DNA from: an uncultured Solirubrobacteraceae bacterium
GTDB lineage: Bacteria; Actinomycetota; Thermoleophilia; Solirubrobacterales; Solirubrobacteraceae
Assembly (NCBI GenBank): GCA_963706235.1
Contig: OY970157.1
Coordinates: 1,330,553 to 1,394,552, forward strand
Reading direction: 5' to 3'
DNA: 64,000 nt
Below the pieces are notes generated by a model. That model ran no database searches and had not been told where the DNA came from. It worked only from the letters and a program-made list of their open reading frames with translations. A program made the translations under genes and the position numbers. Position 1 is the first letter of the stretch, and the number at the start of each line of letters is the position of its first letter. Shown here piece after piece: positions 36,827 to 46,054 of this stretch.

Positions 36827-38695
36827 TCACTCCAGCTGCTGCGCCGGGGCGAGCGTCGTAACCACGATCCCGGGGAGCTCAGATGTGAGCGCGTCGGATG
36901 AGTTACCCGCACGCGCAGACACGAACGTCACATCGCTCGACGCGAGTCGCCCAGCCCAGTCCGCGTGCCCGCCCGCGAGCTCCTCCGCGGTTCCCCGCGC
37001 GACGCGCCGGGCCAGCTCGTCCGCCAACGCCTGGGAGTCCGCGCTCCCGGCGAACGGCAGCGTACGTACCGCCCCCAACCTGGCGGCACTGCCTCTGACG
37101 ATCGCAAACGGCGGGAAGCCCGACTCGTGATCCTCGCTGAGAAGGCGCACCGCCTCACGCTCCGTCACGTCCCACTCGACCGGCTCGACGACGAGCACGA
37201 GCGTCGCTTCGCCGGCCAGGCCGGCGTGCATCGCGCCGCGCACGAGCGAACGATCGAGGACGGTCGAAACGACGCCATCCACGCCGGCGAGGGCCGCCGC
37301 TGCGAGCAGCTTTCGGTGCGGAGCCTTGGGCGCGAACGGCGCCGTGCCGGGAACGACCAGCACCGGATCCACGACACCTCCGTCGGCCCTGGCGATGCGA
37401 ACGGCGACCGACAGTGCACCGGCCGCCAAGTCCGGGTCGCGGACGCCAACGATCACCCGCGCTCCGATCGGACGCGCCGCGTGCTCGTCGGCGCTCAGAC
37501 GGCCGCTAGCGCGGCTTGCGACGATCGTCGAGGCGAGCACGCTGACGAAGATCAGCAGCAGCACAGCGTTGACGACGGAGCTGCCGAACAGGCCTAGGTC
37601 GAAACCGACGATCGTGGCCGCAAGCGTCGCCGCCGCCTGTGCGGCGCTCAAGGAGAACAGCAGTTCCCCTTGCGCTCGTGAGAACCCCAACACTCTCGCC
37701 GACAGCCACGCCGCAAGCACCTTGCCGCCCATGCACGCCGCGATGAAAAGTCCGGCGAGCTTCAGGGTCTCACCCTGCACGATCACCGCAGGGTTGAGGA
37801 TCAGCCCCACGGACACGAGGAACACCGGGATGAAGACCGCGCCACCGAAGAATCCGATCCGGTCCATCAGCTGCCCCTCGTTCGGAACGAGGCGGTTGAG
37901 CGCGAGCCCCGCGAAGAAGGCGCCCACGATGCCCTCAATGCCAAACAGCTCCGCCACCGTGGCTGCCGCCAAGAAGGAGGTGATCGCCACCACGTAGCGC
38001 ACCGAGCGCTCGGCGCCGAACATGCGAAAGGCCCATGCGGCCGCGAGCGGCAGCAGAAGCAGACTGAATCCCGCGAGCACGCCCAGCCCGACGATCACCT
38101 GCACGGCGACGTCGAGGGACGAGCGTCCCGAGCCGACCGAGCCCGCGACCGCCGCGAGCACGATCAGCGTGAGCGTGTCCGTGAGCACGGTCGAGCCGAC
38201 GACCGTCGCCACCGCCGGGTCCGACGCGAGCCCGGCGTCGCGCACGGTCGGATAGGCAATCAGCGTGTGTGAGGCCAGCAGCGAGCCGAGCAGGATCGCA
38301 GCCGCCGCCTGCCAGCCGAGGCCGACGCCGACGAGCGTGCCGAAGGCCATCGGCAGGGCAAACGTGAGCAGGCCGAACACGATCGCCGCGCGCCGGTGGC
38401 GGCGCAGGAGGTTCAGGTCGAGCTCGACGCCGGCGACGAACATCAGATACAGCAGCCCCAGCTGGCCGAGGTCGGGAATCGTGGTGTTGCCCGACCCAAT
38501 CAAGTCCAGTCCGTGCGGACCGATCACGTAGCCGCCGAGCAACAGCCCGATGATGCCCGGGATGCGCGCCCGTTCGATCACCACCGGGCCGAGCAGCAGC
38601 GTGGCGAAGATGACCAGGAACTCCCAAGGCGCGCCCTTCGGGGAGGAGATCTCCAAGATCGCCGCCAGCACACCGTGGCCACCCGATGCGATCAC
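36827..38695 (-). CDS. CPA2-type cation:proton antiporter with a ~230-aa cytoplasmic C-terminal domain
   Basis: About 12 TM segments are present (ARIPGIIGLLLGGYVIGPHGLDLIG...). The soluble tail has alternating beta/alpha, USP-like character and no GxGxxG that I can see. The GTG start overlaps the upstream SBP stop (GTGA). Confidence 0.85.
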   Translation of the reverse strand: MIASGGHGVLAAILEISSPKGAPWEFLVIFATLLLGPVVIERARIPGIIGLLLGGYVIGPHGLDLIGSGNTTIPDLGQLGLLYLMFVAGVELDLNLLRRHRRAAIVFGLLTFALPMAFGTLVGVGLGWQAAAAILLGSLLASHTLIAYPTVRDAGLASDPAVATVVGSTVLTDTLTLIVLAAVAGSVGSGRSSLDVAVQVIVGLGVLAGFSLLLLPLAAAWAFRMFGAERSVRYVVAITSFLAAATVAELFGIEGIVGAFFAGLALNRLVPNEGQLMDRIGFFGGAVFIPVFLVSVGLILNPAVIVQGETLKLAGLFIAACMGGKVLAAWLSARVLGFSRAQGELLFSLSAAQAAATLAATIVGFDLGLFGSSVVNAVLLLIFVSVLASTIVASRASGRLSADEHAARPIGARVIVGVRDPDLAAGALSVAVRIARADGGVVDPVLVVPGTAPFAPKAPHRKLLAAAALAGVDGVVSTVLDRSLVRGAMHAGLAGEATLVLVVEPVEWDVTEREAVRLLSEDHESGFPPFAIVRGSAARLGAVRTLPFAGSADSQALADELARRVARGTAEELAGGHADWAGRLASSDVTFVSARAGNSSDALTSELPGIVVTTLAPAQQLE

Positions 38696-39513
38696 GATTC
38701 TGTCCTCAGCGCAGGCACCTGTTCGGCCGCGCCTTCACTCACTTCGGTGTGCAGCCATTCCTTGCCAAGACGTTCGATCGTGCCATCTGCACTCAGTGCG
38801 CGCAGCGCCGAGTCGACCGCTTCGACGTTTTCAGATCCCTTAGGCAGGGCCGCCGCGAGCACGGCTTCGCTTGGAAGCTGCGCGGCGACCGCGTAGGAGT
38901 GGGGTGCTTCCCGCGCGTATGCAAGCGCCACCGGCAGGTCGATCATGACCGCGTTGACGCGACCAGAACGCAGGGCGCTCAACGCTTCGCGCTGGTGGTG
39001 CAGGACCAGCGGCGGGCTGGAAGGTTCGATCGTTTCTTCCAGCGCGCTCTGCAGTGTGGTCCCGCCCTGAACCGCCCAGCGCAGCGCCTGGGCGGCGTGC
39101 ACGTCGGGCACCTCTGTGCCCGGGCGCACGAGGATCGCGGGAGGGGCGCTGAGATACGCGCTCGAGAAGCTGACGTGCTGCGAGCGTTCCGGCGTGACGG
39201 TGATGTCCGAGAGAGCCAGGTCCGCCCCGTCGAGATCACCCGCCACGAGCTGCGCGAACGGCACGACCACGACCTTCGTGCGGGCCAAGCCGAAGTGCGC
39301 TGCGAGCGCACGTGCGAGCTCGAACTCGAAACCGCCCGTCGGGCGGGTGGCGGTGCCCGACCAGAATCCGGGGTCAGGCACCTGGGCCGTGGCGACGGTC
39401 AACATGTGCGGCGTGCGGGGCACGAAGGTGCCCGCCGCACCCGTCCCACCACAGGCGCTGAGCCCTAACGCCAGCACCACCGCGATCGCTGCCAGGCGGG
39501 GCGTGGCGCGCAT
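38692..39513 (-). CDS. Family-3 (polar amino acid type) solute-binding lipoprotein, orphan
   Basis: The lipobox is LALGLSACGG. The SBP_bac_3-like core reads GGFEFELARALAAHFGL...DLALSDITVTPERSQHVSFSSAY...AVMIDLPVA. There is no adjacent ABC permease or ATPase. Confidence 0.8.
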   Translation of the reverse strand: MRATPRLAAIAVVLALGLSACGGTGAAGTFVPRTPHMLTVATAQVPDPGFWSGTATRPTGGFEFELARALAAHFGLARTKVVVVPFAQLVAGDLDGADLALSDITVTPERSQHVSFSSAYLSAPPAILVRPGTEVPDVHAAQALRWAVQGGTTLQSALEETIEPSSPPLVLHHQREALSALRSGRVNAVMIDLPVALAYAREAPHSYAVAAQLPSEAVLAAALPKGSENVEAVDSALRALSADGTIERLGKEWLHTEVSEGAAEQVPALRTES

Positions 39514-39522
39514 TTCGCGAGT

Positions 39523-41385
39523 CTAACCCGAGCCCGACCCTGCTCTCACCCGCGCGGAGAGGATCGCGATGTCATCGCGCACCCCCTCCTCGGGGCCGAG
39601 CAGCTCGAGCAGCGCATCAATCGCTTGCCGCGCCGACACGGGCGCCTTCGAGGAGAGCTGCTCGAGCATCTCCTCGGCACGGATCATGCGCGCGGGCGCG
39701 TGCGCCTCGGGCAGCCCGTCCGTATACAGGGCCAGCGCATCGCCGGGCTCGAGCGTCGTCGTGACCTCCTCGATCTCTGGGTCGGCGAACACCCCGAGTA
39801 GCGCGCCCTCACCGCCGAACTCGACAGCGCTGCGCTCGGCCGCCCGCACGAGGAGCGCCGCCGGGTGACCGGCGAGCGCGACCGTCACCTCGACCTGGGA
39901 CCCGCGCCAGCGCAGGCGGGCGAGGATCGCCGTGGCAAAGCGACCGTCGAAGTCTTGTTCGAGCATCGTCTGGTTCACCTGCGTGAGCACCGTCCCAGGG
40001 CCGATCCCCTCGCGCGCGTACGCGGCGGTCGTGTGACGCAGGAAACCGGTCAGCGCCGCCGCCTCCGCGCCCTTGCCGCAGACGTCGCCCACGACCAGCC
40101 AGCAGCTGTCGGGGCTCCCGAACACGTCATAGAAGTCACCGCCGACCTCGCTGCCGATGCCACTCGGACGGAAATGGCTGGCCAGCTCGAGCCCGGGGAT
40201 CACGGGCAGGAGCGCCGGCATCAGGCTGCGCCGCAGAGTGCTCGCGACTTCGGCGCGCTCGGCGTATAGCCGGGCGTTATCGAAAGCCATCGCCGCCCTG
40301 CCGGCCATGTCCTCGAGCACCGCCAGCAGATTGCGATCATGACGAGCGTCGCCGCGCAGCTGCAAGAACGAGATCGCGCCCCGTGTGCGCCCGCGCGCGA
40401 TCAGCGGGAACACCGCCGCGCGGACGTAGCCGGCGTCGCGCATAAAGCGCTCGTGCTCGGCGCTCTGAGCGGCGCGCGCGAGCGCGCCGTCCTCGGTCAG
40501 GTCGCTGATCGAGCGCGAGGCGTTGCCGGAGAGCACCTGTGCGACTGGATGGCTGCCGTGCATATCCAGCGGGAACTCCTCGCGCATCCGCTGGACGCCG
40601 GCGGCCACCGCCGGATCCACTGCCGCGACAACCGTACTCGCCACCGACCCAGCGCGATCGAGCAGGTCGATCACGCACATCTCAGCGAGGTCGGGCACAG
40701 CCATGTTGGCGATCGTGCGAAGCGTCTGCGCGGGGTCCAGCGAGCTGTCCAGCTTGGCGGTTGCCGCGACGAGTATCTCCATGCGCCGGCGCTGCTCGCG
40801 CAGACGGTTCAGCGCAGCGTGCATAACCACGGCCGCGAGCAGCGCAAGCACGATGCCCACGCAGGCCACCGCCGCGAACCTGCTCGATACATGCGCTTCG
40901 TAGGCCAGCGGCGCCAGGAACGCGACGAGCGTCGCGGCGGTGATGCCCACCAGCCGCCAGCGCGGCTGAAACGCGGCGGCATGACCGAGCGCGAAGAAGT
41001 AGATCAGGGCGAAGGGGCTATCCGGACCACCTGAGGAGGCGCACAGCAGCGCGATCACCGCGACCCCCCAAAGCTCTGCCACCCAGGCCAGCCCGAGACC
41101 GCCCCAGCCGCGACTCGCGGCCAACACAAGCAGGACAGACGTGAGCAGAGCGTCGACTGCGACCGCGGTCACGCCCGCCGGCGAGCCGACGTGCGGCAGC
41201 AGCGCGGCGCTCGCGCAAAGGAGCGCCCCCACGAAGTACAGGCCACCGGCGATCGCGACCGCTGCACGGGCTTCGCGCCGGCTCGCGGTCTCCTCCTGCG
41301 GGATCGATACGAGCGTCATTTCCTGCGCCCCGGCACCCGCCCCACGACCACCCCTCCTCTCCTGACCATACGGATATATACCCAA
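39523..41385 (-). CDS. Membrane-anchored GAF + PP2C (SpoIIE-type) serine phosphatase
   Basis: The N-terminal block is multi-TM, followed by a central GAF-like region. The SpoIIE domain reads GGDFYDVFGSPDSCWLVVGDVCGKGAEAAALTG...LYTDGLPEA. The start could also be ATG 41317-41319. Confidence 0.85.
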   Translation of the reverse strand: MGIYPYGQERRGGRGAGAGAQEMTLVSIPQEETASRREARAAVAIAGGLYFVGALLCASAALLPHVGSPAGVTAVAVDALLTSVLLVLAASRGWGGLGLAWVAELWGVAVIALLCASSGGPDSPFALIYFFALGHAAAFQPRWRLVGITAATLVAFLAPLAYEAHVSSRFAAVACVGIVLALLAAVVMHAALNRLREQRRRMEILVAATAKLDSSLDPAQTLRTIANMAVPDLAEMCVIDLLDRAGSVASTVVAAVDPAVAAGVQRMREEFPLDMHGSHPVAQVLSGNASRSISDLTEDGALARAAQSAEHERFMRDAGYVRAAVFPLIARGRTRGAISFLQLRGDARHDRNLLAVLEDMAGRAAMAFDNARLYAERAEVASTLRRSLMPALLPVIPGLELASHFRPSGIGSEVGGDFYDVFGSPDSCWLVVGDVCGKGAEAAALTGFLRHTTAAYAREGIGPGTVLTQVNQTMLEQDFDGRFATAILARLRWRGSQVEVTVALAGHPAALLVRAAERSAVEFGGEGALLGVFADPEIEEVTTTLEPGDALALYTDGLPEAHAPARMIRAEEMLEQLSSKAPVSARQAIDALLELLGPEEGVRDDIAILSARVRAGSGSG

Positions 41386-41509
41386 ATTGTGGTTGCTCGG
41401 AGAACATCGGCGTCGCCATCGAGGGTGCCCACGCCACCTCCCGCCGACGCACCGAGGAAACTACTCGGGACATGCGTCGCTCTACAGCCCTGCGCTTTCT
41501 TCCCCGCCG

Positions 41510-42499
41510 ATGAACGAGGCCGCCACGATCCGCGTGGGCGTGGTCGGCCTCGGCTACTGGGGGCCCAACCTTGCGCGCAACCTCGCGGCGCTCCCGGGCT
41601 GCGAGCTGACGTGGCTGTGCGACCGCGACGAGCACGCTCTCGCGCGCCTGCAAAGAACCCTGCCGGGCGCCCGCACCACGGTCGAGCTGCAGGACCTTCT
41701 CGAGGACCCGCAGCTGGACGCCGTGGTGCTCGCCACGCCCGTGCCCACGCACGCGGAGCTGGCGATCGCCGTGGCCGAGGCGGGCAAGCACTGCTTCGTG
41801 GAGAAGCCGCTGGCCACGAACGCCGCCGATGCCGAACGCGCCGTGGCGGCCGCCGAGCAAGCGGGCAAGATCCTGATGGTCGGCCACCTGCTCGAGTACC
41901 ACCCTGCGGTGGCGAAGCTGAAGGAGCTGATCGGCTCAGACGAGCTCGGCCGGCTGTTCTACATCTACGGCAACCGCCTGAATCTCGGCAAGCTGCGGGA
42001 GGACGAGAACGCGCTGTGGAGCCTCGGTGCGCACGACGTCTCCGTGGCACTGCATCTGATCGGCGAAGAGCCCGAAGAGTGCCTGGCCAACGGCGCGAGC
42101 TACGTCAGAGCGGGCGTGCAGGATGTGGTCTTCTGCTACCTGCGCTTCCCCTCCGGCATCGTCGCCCATCTGCACCTCTCCTGGCTGGATCCCCACAAGG
42201 AGCGGCGCATCACGGTCGTCGGCTCCCGCCGCATGGCCACTTTCGATGACATGCTGATCGAGGGCAAGCTCACGATCTATGACAAGGGCTTCGACGAGGA
42301 CACGCGCTCGTGGGGCGAGTACATCGCCCGCTCAGGCGACACGTTCTCGCCACAGATTCCCAATGTCGAGCCGTTGCGGATCGAGTGCGAGCACTTCCTG
42401 CAGTGCATTCGCACCGGGGCGACGCCGCGCTCGGACGGGCACAGCGGCCTGCGTGTGGTTCGCGTGCTGGAGGCGCTCCAGCACGCGCTCGACGCCTGA
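41510..42499 (+). CDS. Gfo/Idh/MocA-family NAD(P)-dependent oxidoreductase
   Basis: ATG at 41510; IRVGVVGLGYWGPNLARNL...VVLATPVPTHAELAIAVAEAGKHCFVEKPLA are present. Confidence 0.9.
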   Translation: MNEAATIRVGVVGLGYWGPNLARNLAALPGCELTWLCDRDEHALARLQRTLPGARTTVELQDLLEDPQLDAVVLATPVPTHAELAIAVAEAGKHCFVEKPLATNAADAERAVAAAEQAGKILMVGHLLEYHPAVAKLKELIGSDELGRLFYIYGNRLNLGKLREDENALWSLGAHDVSVALHLIGEEPEECLANGASYVRAGVQDVVFCYLRFPSGIVAHLHLSWLDPHKERRITVVGSRRMATFDDMLIEGKLTIYDKGFDEDTRSWGEYIARSGDTFSPQIPNVEPLRIECEHFLQCIRTGATPRSDGHSGLRVVRVLEALQHALDA

Positions 42500-42509
42500 G
42501 AGCGCGGAC

Positions 42510-42719
42510 TCAGGCGACCACGCGCGTGCGCCTGCGCTCGACGCCTTCGAAGCGCTTCTGCCGGCGGCGCTCCGGGCGCAGCACGGGCCCCCACGTGCGA
42601 CCGACCAGGCGCAGCACGTACGCGTCACGCGGTCCGCTGTAGCGCATGAACGGCGTCATCAACGCCAGCCAGTGTCGGGCGACGTATCGGCGTGGGCGTT
42701 TGACTTCTCGCGTGCTCAT
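42510..42719 (-). CDS. Small very basic hypothetical protein
   Basis: MSTREVKRPRRYVARHWLALMTPFMRYSGPRDAYVLRLVGR... The support is only an ORF downstream of lysC. It may be spurious. Confidence 0.25.
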   Translation of the reverse strand: MSTREVKRPRRYVARHWLALMTPFMRYSGPRDAYVLRLVGRTWGPVLRPERRRQKRFEGVERRRTRVVA

Positions 42720-42842
42720 CGCTCCAGATGTGTCCTTACAAAGCGGAAGGATGCGCAGGAATTCTGACAGATGCGTCGATGTCACGCGCACGTACGGCAC
42801 GCTCTCCGCTGAGCCCCGGCCGGCCGAGGCTCGGCACCGGCG

Positions 42843-43343
42843 CTACTCGACGCTGACGGTGCCCTCGCCGGAAAGCTCGAAGGCGCTGTGCAGCGCCTTC
42901 ACCGCCGTCTCGACGCGGTCGCGGTCGATCACACAGGAGATCTTGATGGGTGAAGTCGAGATCATGTCGATGTTCACCCCTTCGCCGGCGAGTACGCCGA
43001 ATACCTTCGCCGCGACCCCGGGATGCGAACGCATGCCCGCGCCGACGATCGAGACCTTGCCCATGTCCTCGTGTGTGGTGAGGTTCGCGAACGCCTCGCC
43101 TGTGAGCGGCTCCAGCGCGGCCCGCGCAACGCGCAGGTCCTCGCGCGGGACGGTGAAGGAGATCTCGGCTTGCCCACCCGCGGAGACCGGCTCGTTCTGA
43201 ACGATCATGTCCACGTTCACGTTCGCGCCGGCCATCGCCTCGAAGATGCGCGCCGCCGCCCCCGGCGCGTCGGGTACGCCCGTGAGCGTGACCCGCGCTT
43301 CGGAGGTCGAGTGCGTCACGGCTGTGATCAGTGGTTGCTCCAT
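42843..43343 (-). CDS. lysC: Candidate in-frame internal product (aspartate kinase beta / ACT-domain subunit)
   Basis: An in-frame ATG (rc of 43341-43343, MEQPLITAVTHS...) lies at the start of the ACT region. AGAAGGAGAG (rc of 43347-43356) precedes it by 3 nt. This is the strongest SD-like string I noticed in the window. Confidence 0.5.
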   Translation of the reverse strand: MEQPLITAVTHSTSEARVTLTGVPDAPGAAARIFEAMAGANVNVDMIVQNEPVSAGGQAEISFTVPREDLRVARAALEPLTGEAFANLTTHEDMGKVSIVGAGMRSHPGVAAKVFGVLAGEGVNIDMISTSPIKISCVIDRDRVETAVKALHSAFELSGEGTVSVE

Positions 43344-44087
43344 CGTCTCTCCTTCTGCGACCACAAAGGTACCGGGCTCCTCGTCGAACGACGAGCGGCA
43401 GTGGATGCGCACGCCGTGGTTGCGCGCGTACTCCAGCGAGCGTAGCTGCAGCACGCCCGCACCCGAGGCCGCCATCTCGAGCATCTCCTCGAAGGAGACC
43501 GTCTCCAGCTTGCGCGCGTCGGGCACGATGCGCGGATCGGCCGAGTACACGCCAGCGACATCGGTGTAGATCTCACACACCTCTGCACCCAGCGCCGCCG
43601 CCACCGCCACCGCGCTCGTATCCGAGCCGCCGCGCCCGAGCGTGGTCACGTTGCGCGCGTTCTCGGATACACCCTGAAAGCCGGCCACGAGGACGATGTT
43701 GTCCGCGTCCAGCGCCGCGCGGATGCGGTCCGCACGCACGTCCAGGATCAGCGCCTTCGTGTGCGACTCGTCCGTGACGATCCCCGCCTGGGAGCCCGTG
43801 AGCGAGATCGCGCGGTGGCCGAGGTCGTTGATCGCCATCGCGCACAACGCGCAGGAGATGCGCTCGCCGGTCGAAAGCAACATGTCCATCTCGCGCGGAT
43901 CCGGCGCCAGGGAGATCTCCTCCGCCATCGCGATCAGCTCGTCCGTCGTCTTGCCTCGGGCGGAGAGCACCGCCACGACCTGGTGACCCTGTTCGCGCTT
44001 CTCCACGATCCGCCGCGCCGCGCGCTTCACGCGCTCGGCGTCTGCGACCGAGGTGCCGCCGAACTTCATGACGATTAGGGAGGACAT
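42843..44087 (-). CDS. lysC: Aspartate kinase (alpha subunit reading frame)
   Basis: MSSLIVMKFGGTSVADAERV...AVLSARGKTTDEL...TLGRGGSDTSAVAVAA are present, with two C-terminal ACT domains. Confidence 0.95.
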   Translation of the reverse strand: MSSLIVMKFGGTSVADAERVKRAARRIVEKREQGHQVVAVLSARGKTTDELIAMAEEISLAPDPREMDMLLSTGERISCALCAMAINDLGHRAISLTGSQAGIVTDESHTKALILDVRADRIRAALDADNIVLVAGFQGVSENARNVTTLGRGGSDTSAVAVAAALGAEVCEIYTDVAGVYSADPRIVPDARKLETVSFEEMLEMAASGAGVLQLRSLEYARNHGVRIHCRSSFDEEPGTFVVAEGETMEQPLITAVTHSTSEARVTLTGVPDAPGAAARIFEAMAGANVNVDMIVQNEPVSAGGQAEISFTVPREDLRVARAALEPLTGEAFANLTTHEDMGKVSIVGAGMRSHPGVAAKVFGVLAGEGVNIDMISTSPIKISCVIDRDRVETAVKALHSAFELSGEGTVSVE

Positions 44088-44103
44088 CGTCGCGCAGGAT
44101 ATT

Positions 44104-44128
44104 GGGCCGGGCGCATCGCGCCCGGCCC
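44104..44128 (-). terminator. GC-rich perfect hairpin between the ABC permease stop and the lysC start
   Basis: GGGCCGGGCGC-ATC-GCGCCCGGCCC is an 11-bp stem, 21 nt downstream of the permease stop. The tail on the minus strand is only AAUAUCC, so the U-tract is weak. Confidence 0.4.
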
Positions 44129-44148
44129 CTGGAGACAGTCCGCCCGTC

Positions 44149-44988
44149 TCAGCCTGCCAGCGTGCGGTTGAAGCGCCGCAGCGCGAGGGGCACCGCGACC
44201 GCCAGGATCACCAGACACCACAGCGCCATCGCCACCTGAGGATGTTCGAGCTGCCAGGAGCCGGTCGAGTGCGTGCCCTGGGTCAGCCCGCGGACGCTCG
44301 CGACGAGTGCTGAGATCGGGTCCCAGTGCGCGATCGCGCGCGGTACGGCGTCCATCCCGGAGATCGGCACGAACGTGCCGGCCATGAAGCTGAGCGGGAA
44401 GATGACGATGAAGCCGATCCCCTGCATCGCGTCTGGCGAGCGCACGAGCATGCCGAACAGCACGCCGAGCCAGGTGAAGGCGAACATGCCAAGGATCATC
44501 AGGCCTGCGAGCTCGAAGCCGTGGGCGACCGTCAGATGCGGGCTCCAGCCGAGCGCGAGGCCGAAGCCGACCACGATAACCATGCCCAGCAGCGCCTCGC
44601 AGAACTGACCCATGACCTGGCCGCTGATGATCGACAGGCGGCTGATCGGCATCGAGCGGAAGCGGTCGAGCACGCCTTCGGTCATGTCGTTCGAGGTCGC
44701 GACGCCGGCGCCGATGATGCCGAAGGCGAGCGACTGCCCGATGATCCCCGGGAACAGGTAGTCCTTGTAGCTGATGCCCGTCACGTGGATCGCCGAGCCG
44801 AACACGTACAGGAACAGGAGGATGAAGACGATCGGCTGGATCGTCACGTCCAGCAGGCGCTCGGGCACGCGCGGGATCGAGCGCAGGCTGCGGCCTGTCA
44901 GCAGAAGCGTGTCGCTCGTGTAGCGGCGCGCGTCGTGGACACGCCCCTCGCGGACTGCGCCGGGGGGAGAGATCGTGGTGGCGTTCAT
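44149..44988 (-). CDS. ABC-2 type transporter permease (DrrB-like)
   Basis: It has six TM helices and an ABC-2 pattern. It overlaps the upstream ATPase gene by 4 nt. Confidence 0.85.
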   Translation of the reverse strand: MNATTISPPGAVREGRVHDARRYTSDTLLLTGRSLRSIPRVPERLLDVTIQPIVFILLFLYVFGSAIHVTGISYKDYLFPGIIGQSLAFGIIGAGVATSNDMTEGVLDRFRSMPISRLSIISGQVMGQFCEALLGMVIVVGFGLALGWSPHLTVAHGFELAGLMILGMFAFTWLGVLFGMLVRSPDAMQGIGFIVIFPLSFMAGTFVPISGMDAVPRAIAHWDPISALVASVRGLTQGTHSTGSWQLEHPQVAMALWCLVILAVAVPLALRRFNRTLAG

Positions 44989-45995
44989 CGGGCTGCCTCC
45001 TCAGTCAAGGTGGAATTGATCGCAGCGTCCGCCTGCGCATCGAGCTCGCCGCCGGGCGGGCGTCCGGTGAGCGCCAGAAACGCGTCGTCGAGCGTCGGGC
45101 GCCGGAGCGCCACTTCGTCCACGGCGATACCGCTGTCGCGGATCGCCTGCGCCACACGCGCGAGATCGGCGACCTCGTCGGGAGCCGGGATCGAGATGGT
45201 GCGCTGCTCGCGCGCAACACTCGTGGCGAAGCTCGCCGACAGCGCCCGCTCTAGGTGCTCGAGCTCCGTTGCGTCGGCGGCGACCGCGTCGACGCGTTGC
45301 TCGCCCACCTGCGCCTTCAGCTGTGCGGGCGTGCCGGCGGCGATCTCGCGACCATGGTCGATCAGCACCACACGGTCGGCGAGCGCGTCCGCCTCTTCCA
45401 GGTACTGCGTTGTCAAGAGCAGGGTCACGCCTTCGGCCACGAGGTCGCGGACGGTCGACCACACCACCTGGCGACTGCGGGGGTCGAGGCCCGTAGTGGG
45501 CTCGTCGAGGACGAGCAGCTGGGGCATGTCGATCAGGCTTGCCGCAAGATCCACGCGTCGGCGCTCGCCGCCTGAGAGGTTCTTCACGAGGCGGTCAGCG
45601 ATCACCTCGATGTCAAAGCGCTCCATGAGTGCGGCGGCGATTCTGCGTGCGGCAGTGCGGCCGTGACCGCGCAGACGCGCCATCAAGCGCAGATTCTCGG
45701 CCGCAGTGAGGTTCTTGTCCAAGGCGGCGAACTGCCCAGTGAGCGAGATCACGCGCCGCACCCTGTCTGGTTCTGAGACGACGTCGTGGCCGGCGATGCG
45801 CGCCTGCCCTGCGTCGGGTCGTAGGAGCGTGGCGAGCATTCGCACCATCGTCGTCTTGCCCGCCCCGTTAGGGCCGAGCAGCGACACGACCGTGCCTGTC
45901 TGCACGAGCAGGTCCAATGACTGGACGGCGACGAAATCGCCGAAGCGCTTCGTCAGTCCGAGAGCTTCGATTGCGGGGGGTTCAGAGTTGTCCAT
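44985..45995 (-). CDS. ABC transporter ATP-binding protein (DrrA-like)
   Basis: Walker A GPNGAGKTT, signature LSGGERRR and Walker B LLVLDEPTTGLD are present. Confidence 0.9.
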   Translation of the reverse strand: MDNSEPPAIEALGLTKRFGDFVAVQSLDLLVQTGTVVSLLGPNGAGKTTMVRMLATLLRPDAGQARIAGHDVVSEPDRVRRVISLTGQFAALDKNLTAAENLRLMARLRGHGRTAARRIAAALMERFDIEVIADRLVKNLSGGERRRVDLAASLIDMPQLLVLDEPTTGLDPRSRQVVWSTVRDLVAEGVTLLLTTQYLEEADALADRVVLIDHGREIAAGTPAQLKAQVGEQRVDAVAADATELEHLERALSASFATSVAREQRTISIPAPDEVADLARVAQAIRDSGIAVDEVALRRPTLDDAFLALTGRPPGGELDAQADAAINSTLTEEAAR

Positions 45996-46054
45996 CCGTC
46001 GATCCTACAGTAACTGAAAATTTCCTGCAACTGAACTGTTGTAGACTCAATGGC

